Shown: positions 61,755 through 64,000 of the stretch, in pieces | Numbering within the stretch: position 1 is the stretch's first letter | Layout of the letters: each line of letters starts with the position of its first letter | Notes under the pieces: model-generated | Seen by the model: the letters and a program-made list of their open reading frames with translations, nothing else | Told to the model about the DNA's origin: nothing | Database searches by the model: none | Assembly (NCBI GenBank): GCA_963737635.1 | Contig: CAVTTL010000001.1 | Location: 1,344,001 to 1,408,000, forward strand | Direction of reading: 5' to 3' | Origin: an uncultured Methanoregulaceae archaeon | GTDB lineage: Archaea; Halobacteriota; Methanomicrobia; Methanomicrobiales; Methanospirillaceae | Length of the DNA: 64,000 nucleotides | Made by a program: the position numbers and the translations under genes

Positions 61755-62906
61755 ATGGACACCTCAAGCGGATTCCCGGTCGACGTCTCAGTCATTATGC
61801 CCGCTCTGGATGAAGAGCAGACGATCGGCGAGTGTATCCGCAAGATTCAGTCAGTGTTCCAATCAAACGCTATAAGCGGCGAGATCATCGTTGCCGATGC
61901 CTCAACGGACAGGACAACGGCGATCGCGGAGTCGCTTGGCGCGCGTGTCGTTAAACCGGGGAAACTCGGGTATGGCAACGCGTACCTCGCCGCGTTCAAA
62001 GAAGCGCGCGGCCGGTATATCGTTATGGGCGATGCCGATAACACCTACGATTTTTCGGAGATGCCACAACTCCTCGCGCCACTGAGGGACGGTGCCGATT
62101 TCGTTATCGGTTCCCGGTTCACCGGGAGTATCCATGCAGGTGCGATGACCTCACTCCACCGGTACATCGGTAACCCGCTGCTCACCTGGATGATCAATAC
62201 GATCTTCCGTACCCGTTTCACTGACACGCACAGTGGGTTTCGCGCGATCACCCGCGATGCGCTGGACCGGCTCAACCTGGCAACCGGGGGCATGGAGTTT
62301 GCGTCAGAAATGCTCGTTATGGCCTCAAAAGAAGGCCTGAAGATCGTAGAAGTTCCGGTCAGTTATTATCCCCGGAAAACGCCCTCAAAACTGCACAGTT
62401 TTGCCGATGGCTGGCGCCACATCAGGTTCGTGCTGCTCATGAAACCCCTCCCGTTTCTTGCCATACCGGGCCTGTTGTTCTCGCTGGTCGGGCTGCTTTT
62501 GATGACCTTTTTTGCTCTCGAGGGCAATGTTGAGTCTTCCCACCTCCACATCTTCATCGTCGGCGCCATTATGATCATGGGTGGTTTACAGGTCATCATT
62601 ACCGCATTTTTGATGAAGACGTATTCGGTCATCCATGGATACGAGACCAAAGCGGGTATCATCACGCTTGTTATGCAGTATAGCACCCTGGAAAAATTTC
62701 TCGTGCTTGGCATCATCCTTATCCTGGGGGGTGTCATCCTTGGCCTCAATATCCTGATCCAGTGGATTTCGGTCAGTTTTGGCGTGCTCTCCGAGATATC
62801 CACCGCTATTATTGCCCTTGTCCTGATCGTCACCGGGATGCAGGTCTTTCTCTTTGCCATCTTCCAGAGCATGATGCTCTTAAACGAGAACACCAGCCAT
62901 GCCTGA
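61755..62906 (+). CDS. GT2 dolichol-phosphate glycosyltransferase-like with C-terminal TM helices
   Basis: SVIMPALDEE, GYG.A, DAD.TY, GMEFASEM, SKL.SF.DGWRH. Confidence 0.88.
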   Translation: MDTSSGFPVDVSVIMPALDEEQTIGECIRKIQSVFQSNAISGEIIVADASTDRTTAIAESLGARVVKPGKLGYGNAYLAAFKEARGRYIVMGDADNTYDFSEMPQLLAPLRDGADFVIGSRFTGSIHAGAMTSLHRYIGNPLLTWMINTIFRTRFTDTHSGFRAITRDALDRLNLATGGMEFASEMLVMASKEGLKIVEVPVSYYPRKTPSKLHSFADGWRHIRFVLLMKPLPFLAIPGLLFSLVGLLLMTFFALEGNVESSHLHIFIVGAIMIMGGLQVIITAFLMKTYSVIHGYETKAGIITLVMQYSTLEKFLVLGIILILGGVILGLNILIQWISVSFGVLSEISTAIIALVLIVTGMQVFLFAIFQSMMLLNENTSHA

Positions 62907-64000
62907 AGGGGACCGGATGAAGATCGCGTTTGTGTACGATGTCATCTACCCGTACGTGAAAGGCGGCGTGGAAAAACGGGTGTGGGAGCTTGCGGTGCGG
63001 CTTACCCGGCGGGGCCACGAAGTACACCTTTTCGGGATGAAATTCTGGGACGGGGATGATATCCTTATTCACGAGGGTGTGATCCTGCACGGAGTCTGCC
63101 CGGCACGTCCCCTCTATGCCGGGGGCAGAAGGACCGTAGGGGAAGCGATCCATTTCAGCCTCCGGCTCATCCCGCACCTGGGAAGGTACCGGTTCGACAT
63201 AATCGACTGCCAGCAGTTTCCCTTTTTCTCATGCCTCACGGCAAAAGCACTCACCGTTTTCAAAAAAACGCCGCTCGTTATTACCTGGCACGAGGTCTGG
63301 GGCGATTACTGGTACGTGTATCTGGGCCGGTGCGGGGCGTTTGGCAAGTACATCGAACGTCTCGTGTCCCGGATCACGCCACATGTGATCGCGGTTTCAA
63401 CGACCACCAAAGAACAGCTCGGTACTCCTAGGTGGCCCGGAAACTATCAGGATCCTACCCAATGGGGTGGATAGGAACCGCATCGCCGCAATTTCCCCCG
63501 CAGCCGACCGATCGGATCTCATCTTTGCCGGACGCTTGATCCGGGAAAAGCATGCAGACCTGCTGGTCCGGGCGTTTGCACTCCTGTCAAAAGAGCAACC
63601 GGCGCTCACGCTTCAGATCATTGGTGACGGGCCGGAACGGGAGCCGCTTCTGCAGCTCGTCCAGGAATGCGGTATCGGGGACCGGGTCATTGTCCGGGGT
63701 TTTGAAGCGCGGCACGACGACCTGATCGCGCGGATGAAGGCATCAAACGTCTGTGTCCTGCCCTCCACCCGGGAGGGATTCGGGATCACTGCTCTCGAAG
63801 CGCTTGCCTGCGGGCTCCCGGTTGTCACCATCGATCACCCGGCAAACGCGATACGGGATCTCATCACGGATAAAAATGGTTTTCTCTCTGCCCTTTCCGC
63901 AGAAGATCTTGCCGACAAGATGCGCAAAGCGCTCGCTCACCACGAGGAGATGCGAGAGGCATGTGCCGCAACTGCGGCAGCATATGACTGGGATCGTGTC
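62899..64000 (+). CDS. GT4 glycosyltransferase (frameshift near 63420-63440; 3'-truncated by window edge)
   Basis: YPYVKGGVEKR and TWHEVW; after the shift, PNGVD, GRLIREK, GDGPER and PSTREGFGITALEA. Confidence 0.85.

Overview
A gene-dense 64-kb chromosomal segment from a methanogenic archaeon, most likely Methanomicrobiales (Methanoregula-like). The evidence is methanogenesis marker protein 12, a stand-alone NifB, homodimer-type EndA, archaeal TrpS/PheST, porCDAB, ApgM and an intronless, CCA-less tRNA-Val. Positions 1-40.8 kb are mostly housekeeping genes. The exception is a tightly coupled six-gene minus-strand operon (9811-17062): NrdG-like radical SAM, DUF1257/Ycf35-like, Ycf46-like AAA+ ATPase, ~930-aa helical+WD40 protein, degenerate Hsp70, and a DUF2997-like small protein. 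This is the best candidate for an undescribed system. A small protein with an HMGA-type AT-hook is also notable. Positions 40.9-64 kb are a mosaic, partly AT-rich surface-glycan island with Wzm/Wzt, GT2/GT4 enzymes, a GtrA/GtrB plus two GT-C-like cassette, three methyltransferases, two O-acyltransferases, and scars of IS1595, IS256 and a GDP-fucose synthase gene. About 13 single-base frameshifts, most beside CCGG, are probably long-read errors rather than true pseudogenes. All family calls come from motif recognition by eye; no database search was run.
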